Source: Paramoeba atlantica (lineage: Eukaryota > Protista > Discosea). Taken from it: DNA of 64,000 nucleotides. The notes under the pieces are model-generated. The model did no database searches and was not told the origin of the DNA. It saw only the letters and a list, made by a program, of their open reading frames with translations. Of the stretch, positions 9,854-22,222 are shown in pieces. Position 1 is the first letter of the stretch. Each line of letters begins with the position of its first letter. The position numbers and the translations under genes were made by a program. Where the stretch lies: the NCBI GenBank assembly GCA_977017575.1, contig CDRNVI010000060.1, positions 1 to 64,000 of the forward strand, written 5' to 3'.

Positions 9854-12472
9854 CTACTCTCGTACCTTTTCCAACTTCGACAGAGAGCCCTGCACTAGTA
9901 CCGATAGCTTATCACAGTACGACAACAGTTCACTCCACAAACGGTCTCTTCCCAAGGTTTCTTGATCTCCAATAATGATTAGCCCCTCCTGGGCTCTTGT
10001 CAGTGCCACATTCATCCGTCGACGATCGGCCAGAAACCCAATCCCCCCGGAGCGACTACTCCTTACACAGCTGAGCACGACATATTCCTTTTCCCGACCC
10101 TGGAACGCATCCACCGTGTTCACCTCGACAAGCGGCAACGCCTTTGCTTGTATAAAAGGGCTTCTTCTCATGGTGGATTGAAACTCACCCAACACACAGC
10201 CTCGTTGTCCGGAGTAGGGCGTGATGACGGCAATCTTCTCCCCCCCTACGCCCCCTTTCAAGAGTCGCATCACGCACTCCCGTACGACAACCGCCTCTTT
10301 ACGATTGGAAGGGGATTTGTGAGAATGATGAAGTTTTGATTTTTTTCGTCCTTCTTTGGATTTGTTGGTTGGATACATGTCGCTTTGCTTTTCATCCTCC
10401 GGTCCGAAAGTGTGAACAAACACAACTGGGGCTTGAGTATTCGGCCACGGAAAGTGATCGCGATTGGCGCAATACGTCTCCGGCCATTCTTTACTGTGCA
10501 GCTCTCCTGCATAAAAGTGTTGTGCCGGAAAGGCGGCAATCGCAGGATGCATACGGTATTGGACCCGTAGCATATGAGGAGTCATCCCGTTCGAGAGCAG
10601 ACGCTCAAAAAGCGTCCCCCCGAGCCCTTTTTGCTCTGCCTCTCGACAAAGCACCGTGGGACCGAGTTGTTTGTGGTCCCCAATGAGTACCGCACACTGC
10701 GTGCCTTTGACCAAGGGAATTAACGTCTCCGGCTCACACGCCTGCGTGGCTTCGTCGATCAGCACATGGGAAAACGAAAACAAGGAGAGACGGGTGTCGG
10801 CGGCTCCGGAACAGGTCGTACAAATCACCCGCGCGGCTTCTAGAATGGAGTTTTCTGTTTCTCGGATGAGTTCACGAATCTTTTGCTCTTCCCCTTCGTT
10901 ATCGCTGTCGTCGTCGAAGTCAAGGAGGAAGTTTCGCCACGTGTGATTCCGTTCGTCTTGCGTTTCGCGATTTGTACTTCTGTGCCGTTTAGTACTTCTT
11001 TCTTTTCGCGCTTTCCTTTTTCTTTTCCATTTTTGGTAACGTGGATCCCCGGCAAGGCGTTCATCCACGAGAACATGTAGAGCAAAAGGGTGTTTTGGAC
11101 ACTGCGGGGAGGACTCCTTCTTTTGTGCGTAGACACGAACGACATGAAGACCACATTTTGCCAGTCGCTCCGCAATGTGATCCACCGCCACGTTACTTGG
11201 GGAGGCCACTAGGATTCGGGAGCACATCAATTTTTCCATATGATACACAATGGCCGTACATGTTGTTGTCTTTCCCGTCCCCGGGGGTCCCTGAATTAGC
11301 GTGAGTGGGCCTCGTAGGGCGTGTTGAATGGCTTCCTTTTGACTCTCGTTGAGCGCCACGAGAAAGGGGATGCTGGTTTCCACAGAAATGTTGCTGAGTT
11401 CGTTGTCTGGACTTGCCTTTTGTACGGTACTCGGCTGATTTTGGTTAATTTCGAGACCATCGACCGTTGGAGATAATGCATCGACAGCGTCATGGTCCGG
11501 TGATTCAGCTAAAGCATGTTCCGATGGACTCTTGTTCGGATATTTGCTAGCCTCAGCATGCGTTACTGGATCAACTACTTCTTTCCCAGACGGCACATCT
11601 CGTGATAAGGCGTCTATCGTGTCGTGCTCAGGTGATTCATTTGAAACAAGTCGCGATGAAATCTTTTCCAAAATGGGAGAGTCCTCATCGATATGAGATA
11701 CCGCATTGTCTACTTCAGACGACTCACTTGGGACTTGTTCAGCTGAACTTTCCGTTGAATCTGAGGGGCACTCGACTTGAGAACTCTTTTCGGTCGCTTT
11801 ATCCGCAGACAACGCACTTGAATCTTCCTCCGATGAAGAGCCGTTGATTCGGCAGAGGTCAGAAAATTTGGATGATAAATCCATATCGTTGCATTTGCCC
11901 AAGAAAATGAGGTGGAGGTCGTATGAGAGTTTCTCTGGATCGGGACCCGCGGCAAAGGACTCTAGTGCCTGTTTCATACGCACATAACACGTGTCATCCC
12001 ACAATTTTGCGCACGCCACCTTGTTGACCCTCCGCTCAGTGTTGACAGTGCAATCTACGTTGTTACGACTGTATATCCAGTGAACTGTGGATGTTCCCAT
12101 TTCAAATTCCAGTGGCAAAATTTTCGTAACCTCAAGGCTTCCGTCTCCGCCAAAGATGCATCCAGATTCCAACCAGTCGACGTCTGATGCGACTATCGAC
12201 CCACCCTGTTGTTTTTTATTCGTATTTTCTTTGAAAGTTTCTCGCTTAAATGTGACTCGGTCGCCTGGGACAAGATTGAGACCACGAAGGCACTCATCTT
12301 TGACCGTAAAGGTTCCGTGCTGCTTTCCCTCCGTTGTGTAACATTTAACGGTGAGGTTGCGGAGTCGTTTCGCGGATTCTTCTCGCATGCAGTACTCTCT
12401 TTCAAGATCCACGAGTTTCGTAAACACCGAACTGTAGTGCTTCCCGTTTTTGTATTGCGAAGAAGTTATCAT
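9854..12472 (-). CDS. UPF1-like SF1B RNA helicase without a CH zinc domain, 872 aa
   Basis: Motifs GPPGTGKT, DEATQ, GDHKQLGP, QYRMHP, TPYSGQ, TVDAFQGRE and RRMNVALTRA. The N-terminus YSSVFTKLVDLE resembles the UPF1 stalk. A pyrimidine tract plus AG lies about 27 nt upstream of the ATG. Confidence 0.9.
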   Translation of the reverse strand: MITSSQYKNGKHYSSVFTKLVDLEREYCMREESAKRLRNLTVKCYTTEGKQHGTFTVKDECLRGLNLVPGDRVTFKRETFKENTNKKQQGGSIVASDVDWLESGCIFGGDGSLEVTKILPLEFEMGTSTVHWIYSRNNVDCTVNTERRVNKVACAKLWDDTCYVRMKQALESFAAGPDPEKLSYDLHLIFLGKCNDMDLSSKFSDLCRINGSSSEEDSSALSADKATEKSSQVECPSDSTESSAEQVPSESSEVDNAVSHIDEDSPILEKISSRLVSNESPEHDTIDALSRDVPSGKEVVDPVTHAEASKYPNKSPSEHALAESPDHDAVDALSPTVDGLEINQNQPSTVQKASPDNELSNISVETSIPFLVALNESQKEAIQHALRGPLTLIQGPPGTGKTTTCTAIVYHMEKLMCSRILVASPSNVAVDHIAERLAKCGLHVVRVYAQKKESSPQCPKHPFALHVLVDERLAGDPRYQKWKRKRKARKERSTKRHRSTNRETQDERNHTWRNFLLDFDDDSDNEGEEQKIRELIRETENSILEAARVICTTCSGAADTRLSLFSFSHVLIDEATQACEPETLIPLVKGTQCAVLIGDHKQLGPTVLCREAEQKGLGGTLFERLLSNGMTPHMLRVQYRMHPAIAAFPAQHFYAGELHSKEWPETYCANRDHFPWPNTQAPVVFVHTFGPEDEKQSDMYPTNKSKEGRKKSKLHHSHKSPSNRKEAVVVRECVMRLLKGGVGGEKIAVITPYSGQRGCVLGEFQSTMRRSPFIQAKALPLVEVNTVDAFQGREKEYVVLSCVRSSRSGGIGFLADRRRMNVALTRAQEGLIIIGDQETLGRDRLWSELLSYCDKLSVLVQGSLSKLEKVRE

Positions 12473-13763
12473 AGGTAATGAATCGATGGGGCAACAGACC
12501 TAAAAAAAGATTTTTTTGGAGTACAAAAATAAGTCGAAAGGGACTTTAAGCAAAGTCACTTATTCCCCATCTTTATACAGATTGTGTATAATATATACTA
12601 GTTATGTTTCCAAACTCGGAAAAGGAATCCAAAATCCATCAATTATGGAGGAGGGGGCGTGACCTGAGTTGCGTCCTCAGTTGGCGAAACGAATATTCCC
12701 ACAGAACAAATTCTCTAAGCTGGAGCCGCGTCGCAAAGGGGAGGTGTCAAAATTACGACCTAAATCTTTCCACCAATCAAAAGAATACATCCTCGAAATT
12801 TCTATATGTAATAAAAATTAGTCAGCGAATTGAAAATCAAGTCATTTCTTCCCAATGCTGCATCAACAAAACTCTGCGGTCACGTGGAAAAAAGAGTTTT
12901 TGAAAGTGGTAGCAAAGTACGTAGTAGTAAAGGACCGAAATGAAGAAAACGCCTTTCTAAAGCGTGCCGTTGATGAAGCGTACATTTTTTAAATAATTAA
13001 CTATTAATTAATTAAGTTTTTCGCGGAAATCTATAATGAGGGACGAAGGGCGACAAATGCTGTTTCTAATTTGGCAACTATGACGGGAATCAGCAGTGAT
13101 AGAAAACGCATTTCTACTATCTGGAAACGCATTAGAAATAAAAAGAAGGAAACTTTACAGCGTAGAGGGAAGAAGTACACTGTGGACAGTAAAAGAGTTT
13201 CAAAGCTTACAGGGGCTTGAGTGAATACCTAGACCAAAACTGTAAACCACAGTAGAAAAGGCAAATACCGTTTTGTTACTGAGGACCGCGTGCATAAGAC
13301 CAATGCAGAAAGCTGTCGCGCGAAGTCATCCCCACAGAGGGGTGTCATGACCCGGCATTTCTGTATTCCCGATCTTGGTGATTGCTAACGGTGTAATGTC
13401 ATCCTCACAAAGAGGCATCATGACATGCTATGTTTGTAGCATTGCAAGTGTATCATCCCCACAAAGGGGCGTCATGGCCCCATATGTTTGGTACGTATCT
13501 GGGTCAAACAAAAAGTTAGTATGACTGTATTATACCAGCGTGTACAAGTAACTACGTATAGCATACGAGTACTACTACAGTAGTATGAGAGACACTACAG
13601 ATACCGCCAAAGCTAATAACATATCCGCCATAAAACAATGAAATAAAATTTCAAAAATAACTGTGTTTTTAAAATGGCAATAACATTCATGGGAAGACTC
13701 AAAAGTAGTAACTCATAGTAATTACTATAGTAATTACTAGTTAGGGTATGACTACCACTACTA

Positions 13764-14084
13764 CCGTATACCCCCCCCCCCAGTAAGGTACCCCCCCAGT
13801 AAGAGAGATTTGGCCCTTTTTGGGCTGATCCCCAGTAAGAGAGATTTGGCTCGGGAGCCCCACAGGGGGCGTATAGGGGGTAGGGGGTGGGTGTCTGCAT
13901 GTTGGGGGCCTCGGGGGTAACCCAAATAAGCGTTTTGACACGTTTTCAGAAGAAAAAATAGAAACAAATAGTCAAAAAAGTAGGGAGAAAAGAGGAAACT
14001 GGCCAAAAAAGCATACCCCCCCAGTAAGAGAGATTTGGCCATTTCGACCCAAAACCCATTCTCTTACTGGGGGGGGGTATAAGG
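13764..14084. mobile_element. MITE with TA TSD and ccccagtaagagagatttggc subterminal repeats
   Basis: TA-ccgtataccccc...gggggtataagg-TA. Related partial ends occur at about 2917-3075, 53227-53300 and 55487-55560. Confidence 0.8.
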
Positions 14085-14105
14085 TAGTATACGAGTATGC
14101 ACATA

Positions 14106-14844
14106 CAGGGGTGTAAATTTGGACGTGGGGGGGTCTAAAATTTATAAAAATTGGCCAATTTCGGAAAATAATAGCGCATTCGAGAGCTCTCGAACAGGGC
14201 TCATGAACGTAACATGACCGAACTAGGCAGAAGGGGGTATTACCCCCTAGACAAAGAACCCCCAAATGCTATTTGCAACTTTCTAAAGCAATAGCAAATA
14301 TCAAAAAAATATATTAATAATTGCCATTATCGTCGTTTTATCTCAATTACAATACGGCATCGCTTTCGAAAGCTCTGCATGGCATTTTCAGGGGCCTTGA
14401 AACGATGCTTCGATCGCAATGATCAAATCTGCGCGATTCCGAGGGGCTCAACCATTTTTGAAGTCGCGCACTATGGAAAATAAATTTTTAGAGCGAAAAA
14501 GATTGTGTTGTTTCGTAATCGGCAACAAGAACCATGCACCAGCTTGCTTTTACGTGCCCAGGCGAAGAATAAGCCCTTTCGTAGTCTTTGTGTTCGGGCG
14601 ATCGCCCACAACTCCGTCTTTGTTGCATGAATCAGGGGAGAAATCAGAAAACCTGTGAAAAATGCAAGATTTTGTCTCCCAAAAAAATGAGTTTTTTATG
14701 TGCACTTGAAAATCTAATTAACGCAGATGCCGTACATGCACGTTCATGAGCCCGGTTCGAGGGCTCTCGAATGCGCTATTATTTTCCAAATTGGCCAAGT
14801 TTTACAAATTTTAGACCCCCCCCACATCCAAATTTACACCCCTT
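14106..14844. mobile_element. non-autonomous Tc1-type element with ~105-bp TIRs
   Basis: TA-caggggtgtaaatttggacgtgggggggtctaaaattt... mirrored at about 14737-14844 and followed by TA. Confidence 0.85.
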
Positions 14845-15903
14845 TACATGTACATGTATAAGTGCTCAGTACAAGTAATACTTGTATGTATCCATACTTA
14901 GTGTGGACATACCCAGTGAAGCAGATCGGCGTATCTATGAAACACTGCATACTTTGTGGTCAACATCTTTTGCTACTGACAATTACTGCGAAATGACCTC
15001 AAAATTGTTAATTCCTACGGACCAGTGCACTTTTTTTAAGAAGCTCTGTTCCCTGAAGCGCAAGGGCATACATGTCGGAAGTATACTGGTACGTTGCTTA
15101 CCAGGTGCTATCCAATACGGTAAACGCGTAGTCAACGATGAAGATATTTTTGAAAAAGTTGCCTCTATGGCAAGAAACGGAAAAACTACCGAAGGCGTAA
15201 AAAATTTAAAAATAGAACTTGCGTCCGCAGCTTTATTATTTACTTACTTTAATTCACGAAACGTAACTGATGAGATGCACGTCGCTCTATGAGATGCCGT
15301 ACCTGAGATTGAAGCAGACTCTAAAAACATGGAAACGAAGGAACCCACGGAAGAAAAACCCGAACATGAACTTTCCTCTGCGCAGAAGCGCCTAAAGGAC
15401 ATCCAGGATCAGGTTCGGCTGTATCCATCCTCGTTGTGGAGGACTGGTCCACAAATGCCTTTCAAACGTGGGGTTTAAAATACCGGTGAAAAGGGCATAC
15501 TTTTATACCAACTCTTCCGACTGACTGAAAACGATTTGGTGAAAGTGAAGCATTATTTCTCATAAAAAATTTCTTTTTATGTGCTCTAAATGTTGCCTAT
15601 CATCTTTTCCGTGCATTGAAATTGTTTTTCTGACATTTTTTTGCATAAAGCTGCAGTTTTTCGCCGTGAGGTACGCTTGGCAGTGGGGAAGAAGCGCTAG
15701 ATAATCGGCTGAAGTTCGCTGTAGAAAATGTAAAAAGATATCTTATTTATTAAAGAATATGGACGTATACAAAATGCTATAGATGTATACAAAATACGGA
15801 AACAAAATTTTCTGTTGGAGTTTCTTAGATTCTAAAATTCTTGATTCTAAAATCATACTTATTCTGAAAGATATTTAAGAAACTGCGACAATTTCCGCCA
15901 TAT

Positions 15904-17866
15904 ATGCCGAACAACCAGCCCTCCGCTTCGGACGTCATGCGCCAACTGACTCTGTTGACCTCGAACTTTGACGCAAATGCTGGACAAATACAAGCTCTGC
16001 AAGAGGAAATGTTGCACCTTCGATCGCAGATAGGCCGGTTAGATAGAATGGAAGGCGATTTATACAGGTTAAACACTGAAAATAAGGAAGCGCTCCAAAT
16101 GATAGCGCGATCCGCGGTTTCTCATTCCTCGTATGACCTTTCCATTCACGATCTGCCCCAAGAACATGTCTTACAACCGGAAAATTGGAAACCTGAACAC
16201 TACTGCTCCGACAACTTGCGACGACAGCTCATTCAGCGCATCGAACAGGTGGTGAGAAAACTTTTGGAAACTCAGCGGATCCGACCGCGGTGCCGGGGGA
16301 TGCGATCGGACTCAAAGATGCATTGGACACAATTCAGAGTCACCTGGAATGCTGTGACGAATTGGTAAAACGAAACCAGGAGGTACCGATGAATACTGTC
16401 GCCAGCAACGGAGTTCTGGTAAAGCAATTGGCTCTATCGTGGCATTGTGTGCTCGTTTCTCAAAAGGGTGTCTCTTAGATTCTTTGGAGAAAGTGTACTC
16501 GCACACGAATTCAGATTTACAGCGAAAAGCAAATCGAGCTGCGTGGACGAACACTGGCTTTACTCACACTTTTCTTGCTGAGACAGAAAATGGTCGAACT
16601 GCATGGACTCGGCGATACGAGCTTTTCAATTATCATAATTTTGTGGATGAGGAGGAGGAGTCCTCTGATATTGAGGGAGAAAACACTTTTGCTGCGATTC
16701 CAGATGAGCTGGATAACATTAATGAATTGGGAACGCAAATACTATCTATCTCAGATAAATTCAAAGAAAGTTATAATTATTATTATTTATGAGAGGCGCA
16801 GTATACTGTCCTCCCGTTTAAGCGCACCTCGTTTTCCGTGAAAAGTGCGCTTAAACGGGGGGTCTGCATCTGTACATAAAAAAGAGAGCTGTGTATACCG
16901 AGCGGAAGAAATTTTCCACGAGAAGTCTTCTCCTGGAACGCAGGAGATCATGAAAAGGCTGTGGAAGAGATTCGCAAGTTTCGCAGAACGAGTCCACATC
17001 CAGAGATATGTGCTAGAGGAAGAGAATATGCTCGCGGCGTTTGCTCTCCATTTACACAATCAAGAGAGCGTAAAAGGACAAACAGTGGTACAATATCTCT
17101 GCCATTTGGTGAACGAGTATTCTCTCTTGGGCGTAGAGCTGGATTTGGATCAGATAGAGGCGTTGAAAACGGCTATGATGAGAAGAGCCACTTCCGTTAT
17201 AAAGGCGAATCCTATGTCCTACGAACAGGTAATTCAATTTTTGAGACAACCACAGTTAACGGCAATATAAAAAACGTTCTTCATGGTATATTGGCTTAGC
17301 GTGTACTAGGGGCACGCTGGTTTATGGAGGCGAATCCAAATTTCTTGCCCATTTTTTAGAAGACTTACTCAAAGTGAAATTATTTTACCCTTCCCGTGTC
17401 GAAAAGTAAAAATATGGATGCCGGCGTTTCTCGTCCCAAACGAACCTTGCGGGCAATACTGAACGCGATTCCTTTGAATGAAGTACAGGAAATGGTACCA
17501 GGACGTTTGGATCTCCCGCGGCTAGCCGATATTGAAGCAATGGTTCGGAAAAATAGTTTCTTTTGCGAGACAGACGAAAAAAGCTGGTACAACCAGCTTT
17601 CCCTTCTACTGTCGGCGTTGCCTTATTTCGCTATTCGTGTTTGTGGTCGAACTTATGCTTGGGCTACTTTACCAATGGGTTGGAAGAGTTCGGTTAAGAT
17701 TACGCATGCTGGTACATCAGTTCTCCATCACTTACCGAATACCAAAAGTGCATCCTTGATGTTTATTGATAACGGGTACCGGTTTACCTACTCACAACAA
17801 GACTTGCACGCCGATCTAAAGGGAGTTTTGGAAAAAGAATTCGAGCGTTTGGAGCAGTCCAACTAA
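15904..17866 (+). mobile_element. degenerate tyrosine-recombinase retrotransposon (VIPER/TATE/DIRS-like): gag-like, YR N-terminus, RT
   Basis: 16845-17270 gives LWKRFASF..AAFALHL..TVVQYL..KANPMSYEQV (YR N-terminal domain). 17396-17866 gives RAILN, DEKSWYNQL, LPMGWKSS and MFIDN (RT). Stops and deletions are present. Confidence 0.65.
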
Positions 17867-18088
17867 AAGAAGATTGTGAAAAAGAGTGGAAAGAGGTATT
17901 CATTCAACCTGTTCTGCCTTGTAAAGGTCAACCAAAGACAGATAAAATCGAAACCATGTATACCGCAGCGGCGTGATCCGCATGACACAGTAATGAATAG
18001 AAGGCTCATTGGGATCAAGAGCCTGACGTGGACCATGGGTTCCCGTTTTCAGATATACATTACATTTCTCCATTGTACTTGCAAACCG

Positions 18089-18322
18089 TGGTATTTGAAC
18101 GATGGGATTCTGGGGGGAAAGGCTCAAGATGTCAGATGAGCTTTGGACATCATCGAAAAAGTCAGCTCACAGTGGGGCATTTGCCTAAACGTGAACAAAT
18201 GTGAGGCGATCACTCATCCTGAATGCGCTAAATACCTGGAAAGCTTCAACAACATACAGGCCACTCAGAATACGAGCGGGGAGAATTTTTCAATTCTAGG
18301 TAGCACTGTCGGAACGACTGAT
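18089..18322 (+). pseudogene. CRE-clade non-LTR RT fragment
   Basis: WYLNDGILGG..V..AL..I....GICLNVNKCE..FSILGSTVG, with one in-frame TGA. Confidence 0.7.
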
Positions 18323-18975
18323 TTATATAAACGGCGTTACAGATTAACATGCCGGGGGGTCATGTTATGGTGTTACAGGCATGTTAAATTTTTGAGTTTC
18401 CGTTCGAAAAAAAAGAAAGCAATCGACACAAAAAAGATTATTTTACGTATGTGTGCTCTCAAAGCACTAAATCCGAAAATTGCGCATGGGAAATCACACA
18501 GGCTGTTGCGACTTCAGGGGGAACAAAAGAGTATGCAGCACCGAGAACAGATATACTGTATGTATGCTTATGATCCGTTTCTCCGAAACGGAAGAAAGAC
18601 CCTAAGCGCTACATGTCGACGGCACGCTTCCAGTGGCGCTTTCCAGGGTAGTTTGGCAGGCGCCCGTTTCAGGAAGTAAGGCAGTTTGCTTGGCTCCGAA
18701 TAAAAGGAACTACACTGCTATGGAATAAAAGGAACTACACTGCTATGGCACTGATCCGACACAGAAAAAGGAACACAGTATTATCCTAAAGAGAGACTTA
18801 AATCAAATAAAGATAAAGGGAACAAGAGGAAACCGTAGTGTACCAGAAAAAAAGGTCGGATTCGCCGAGCAAATCGGAGTGGGGGGCATGTTATAGGACC
18901 CTGTTTCACTATAACATGCCGGGGGGCATGTTACGGTGCTACAGGCATGTTAACCCGTGCCCTCGTTTATAGAAT
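18323..18975. repeat. cassette bounded by direct repeats (ataacatgccggggggcat..aggcatgtta); homolog at 31497-31970
   Basis: The two copies share both ends but have different interiors. Confidence 0.7.
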
Positions 18976-20709
18976 TTCTCCGCGAACACTCCTTGCTGTC
19001 TGCTGAAGAATCACTGACTGCGATCGAATACGGTACCCATCCTAGTTACAGTATCTATCGCTACTTTTCGGGAACAGGTGGCAGATAAGTAGGGGGCGGA
19101 TAGGGGTGTGGCAGATAACTGGGGGGGGGGGCTGTCACCAAAAAATAGAAAGAGCAAAGAGCTACAAAAAGAGGCATATTTAACCCCTAAAAGATTTCTG
19201 TCCACCAGGTTTTCCTTCTTTTCTTCCTGCGCACGACCATTCACTTTCAAACAGAAAAGAAAGGAAATTAAATTTCCGGTTTGCTTTATGAAAAAGATGA
19301 CAAAAAAGTGACAGTTAACTAGCAGGGGGATGACGTATGAGAGAACTAGGGGGGGTACATCACTTAAATAAAAACATAAAACTTTTTATTTTCAAGGGAC
19401 TAAAAACAGCGGGAACGCCTAGATCTCAAAATTTTGAACTTTGTAAAAATCTCAGTTATTTTCAGAAACCATTATTTTAAAACCCGTGAAGCATCCACAA
19501 TATGCACTTTTCTTTTCTACGATGATTCTACAACCTTTTCTAAAGTTTTTTAACGTATTATCAAATTTATCTTTGTCTTTTGCCTGAAGTTTATCGTAAA
19601 AAAGATGAATCGCTCCACCCAGAGTTTTACAGTTCCCTAGTGGACCCAAACACTTTGGTACGTCCTGGAATAAAACTGTGTTTTCTCGAAGTCTGGGGGA
19701 AAAATTCAATTTGCCATATTTTCACAAGAAAAAAACTATCTTTTTTGTCACCGGATTAAATCGTTCAAGTCGAGCGTTCCGAACACGCCAAAGACATACA
19801 ACTCTGCGAGAGCTCTCCAATGCGCTATTATTTTCCAAAATTGGACAATTTTTATAAATACCCCCCAGATGGAAGGTTTCACTCCTGTATTCGTTGGGAG
19901 GGTTATAACTACTTTGGTAGGATAACTAATTATTGCGGTGGTTGTATAACTGCCGCTCTACCCTCGATTATTGAAAAAAAAGTGAACAAAAACAGTGAAA
20001 ATATAAAGAGGAACACAGTACTATAATAGAAGAAAAAAATATAAAAGGGGGCTCCGGTGGTCCAAAACTGAAAAAAAAATTGAAAAAAATGGCGGGCCCA
20101 TCGGAGGGTCCATGGGGGGTGGGGTATACGTCGAGAATTTTTTTAGAACCTTTTGCTTTTCAAAATCGAGCGCTGGGAAGTGGTAGAGTATGCCGCGGCG
20201 ATAATTTTCCATCCCCACCACCTGGGGGTACCCCCCCTTGTACGCGCGGGAGGGGTCCGACAAGGTCAAAATTTCCTAAATTTTTGAGATGACCAAAAAA
20301 AAATATTAGACCCAAAAAAAAAGTAAGATTACTGTTTTTCTAAAATCGACTCCTAAAACGTATTTTGAGAGTTTGGAACATCAGCTACCATTATACGACG
20401 TTTTTTTCGCCAGATGCGCCTCCTACTCATTATGGTAGGGCATCATAAACGTCCCGAATTTGGGGTAAACATTCACAATCGTCGCCTGAAATTTGGGCTT
20501 TTTCACCACAAAAAAATGGAATGGAGTCGCATTCTCTATCCAATACGTTCTGTAGCCTCGAATACATGCGTACGAGTGATTTCCCACTCGAATTTAGTGC
20601 TCTGAGAGAAAAAATACGCAAAAATCACCCCATTGTTACCTAAACATCGGCTATTTTTGTCTCAAATCCTTCCCTTTTCGTCAGCGTCCCAGGTCAATTT
20701 TCTTTTTTA

Positions 20710-21304
20710 GGCACTTCGTTAAACGCGGTGGTAGTTTTCAACGCGAAGCGCGCAGCATGAGTCACTTCTAAGAGGGTTGAAACCTATGAAATGCAAAACC
20801 TGGCAAAACCCGCATATTCCTCATTGGCGTGGAGAAGAAAAGTACTTTGTCAAAAATAGTGAAGAACGTACTTGGTGCCCATCGTGCGCTGCAAAACACT
20901 TTCGAGCCAGAAAAAATAAAATTAAAAAAAAAAATACTTTTCAAAATAAACCCACAGAAAGGGTAGTCGAGGGTTTGGCGCACATTTTCCACCCCCGTAC
21001 TCGGGGACGACTCCCCCTGGTATCAACAGGACGGGGCCGCCAAGTTCGGGTTTTTCTGAAAAGAAAATTGAAAAGCAAGTCAACTTGGCGAACAACATGG
21101 CTTAAAAAATAGAATTTAAAATCGTTTCACCTATAGTAGTTTGAGAGTTTGGGACCTATACTAGTTTTCTACGCCATTGTTTTCACGAGACATCCCTTCT
21201 TGAAGCCGAAGTAGGTGTCCTGGTAAAACTTGGCAAAACCCGGCAAAACTTAACAGGTTTCAACCCTCTAAGTTGAAAACAACCACCGCGTTTAACGAGG
21301 AGCC
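20710..21304. mobile_element. TA-MITE containing a nested TAA-flanked element (20772-21268)
   Basis: Outer TIR ggcacttcgttaaacgcggtggtagttttcaac. Inner TIR gagggttgaaacct with TAA on both sides. Copies without the inner element lie at 22650-22744 and 39961-40055. Confidence 0.85.
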
Positions 21305-21376
21305 TAATTATTATTTTCTCACAAAACATTCCCAAGCATGAACGTTACTTACCATACCCCGTTACTCAGTCAGAAA

Positions 21377-22222
21377 CTATGGCATCGGAGCTGAAAAATA
21401 GGGTACAAGTACAAGAAAGAGGATAAATATAATTAGGAGTGGCATCAGCACATAAAAATGTACATGTAAATTTATTTGATAGATCACATTTATAAGATGG
21501 ACCAAACTCACTAGGAGTGGTGTAATAGTAGGTGCGTGTAGAACTAATAAAGTACAATAAAAATTACATAAGGGAACGACAATGAAATGCAAATAACGAC
21601 GGAAAGCTTGAAAGTACGACAAAAATGAATCAGGAATGTGCCACGTTCTTGGGTAGTCAAAGTTGCGCACTGATCCTGTTAATTCGGGGTTACCTAGTAT
21701 ATTAAGATATGAATCGGTCTGGTAGAGAGGCGTACCCACAAGATTTGAGAGATCAACGTGACCACTAAAGCGGCATCTCGACAGATTGAGTTCGATCAAT
21801 GCTGCAGGCAAAATTTCGAAACGTAAGTCCCCACTAAACAAATTTACTTGAATGTACATGTACCCTAAGCCAAGAGGTAATGCTGAAAAATCCACAGGGC
21901 CACTCAGCATATTATTAATCAGGTCTATGAAAAACAGAGATTGTGGTAAATATTTCCAATGTGGTGTTCCACATAGTGATCGATCATGCCACCTAATGCG
22001 AATAACTTCACCCTCACCATTACACTCCACTCCATACCATTCACATGCAGACGTTTCAGTACTCCATGAAAGGTCTGGGTTTTCGATGTCACAGATAAAC
22101 TTGGCAAGTTCATATTCCTGAGGGAGAAATGTGCCTCTCACCTTACTCGCACATGAAGCAGGGGATGAGGAGAAGTCCGTGCCTTCGCAAAATAAGAGGC
22201 AAGGAATTCCGAAAAGCGTCAT
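21377..22222 (-). CDS. LRR protein with N-cap
   Basis: KVRGTFLPQEYELAKFI, ACEWYGVEC and LRRs. The C-terminal ~60 aa looks like read-through into non-coding DNA. Confidence 0.85.
   Translation of the reverse strand: MTLFGIPCLLFCEGTDFSSSPASCASKVRGTFLPQEYELAKFICDIENPDLSWSTETSACEWYGVECNGEGEVIRIRWHDRSLCGTPHWKYLPQSLFFIDLINNMLSGPVDFSALPLGLGYMYIQVNLFSGDLRFEILPAALIELNLSRCRFSGHVDLSNLVGTPLYQTDSYLNILGNPELTGSVRNFDYPRTWHIPDSFLSYFQAFRRYLHFIVVPLCNFYCTLLVLHAPTITPLLVSLVHLINVIYQINLHVHFYVLMPLLIIFILFLVLVPYFSAPMP

Noticed and set aside
13741-13746. Telomeric ttaggg
   Set aside because: Single copy, expected by chance.
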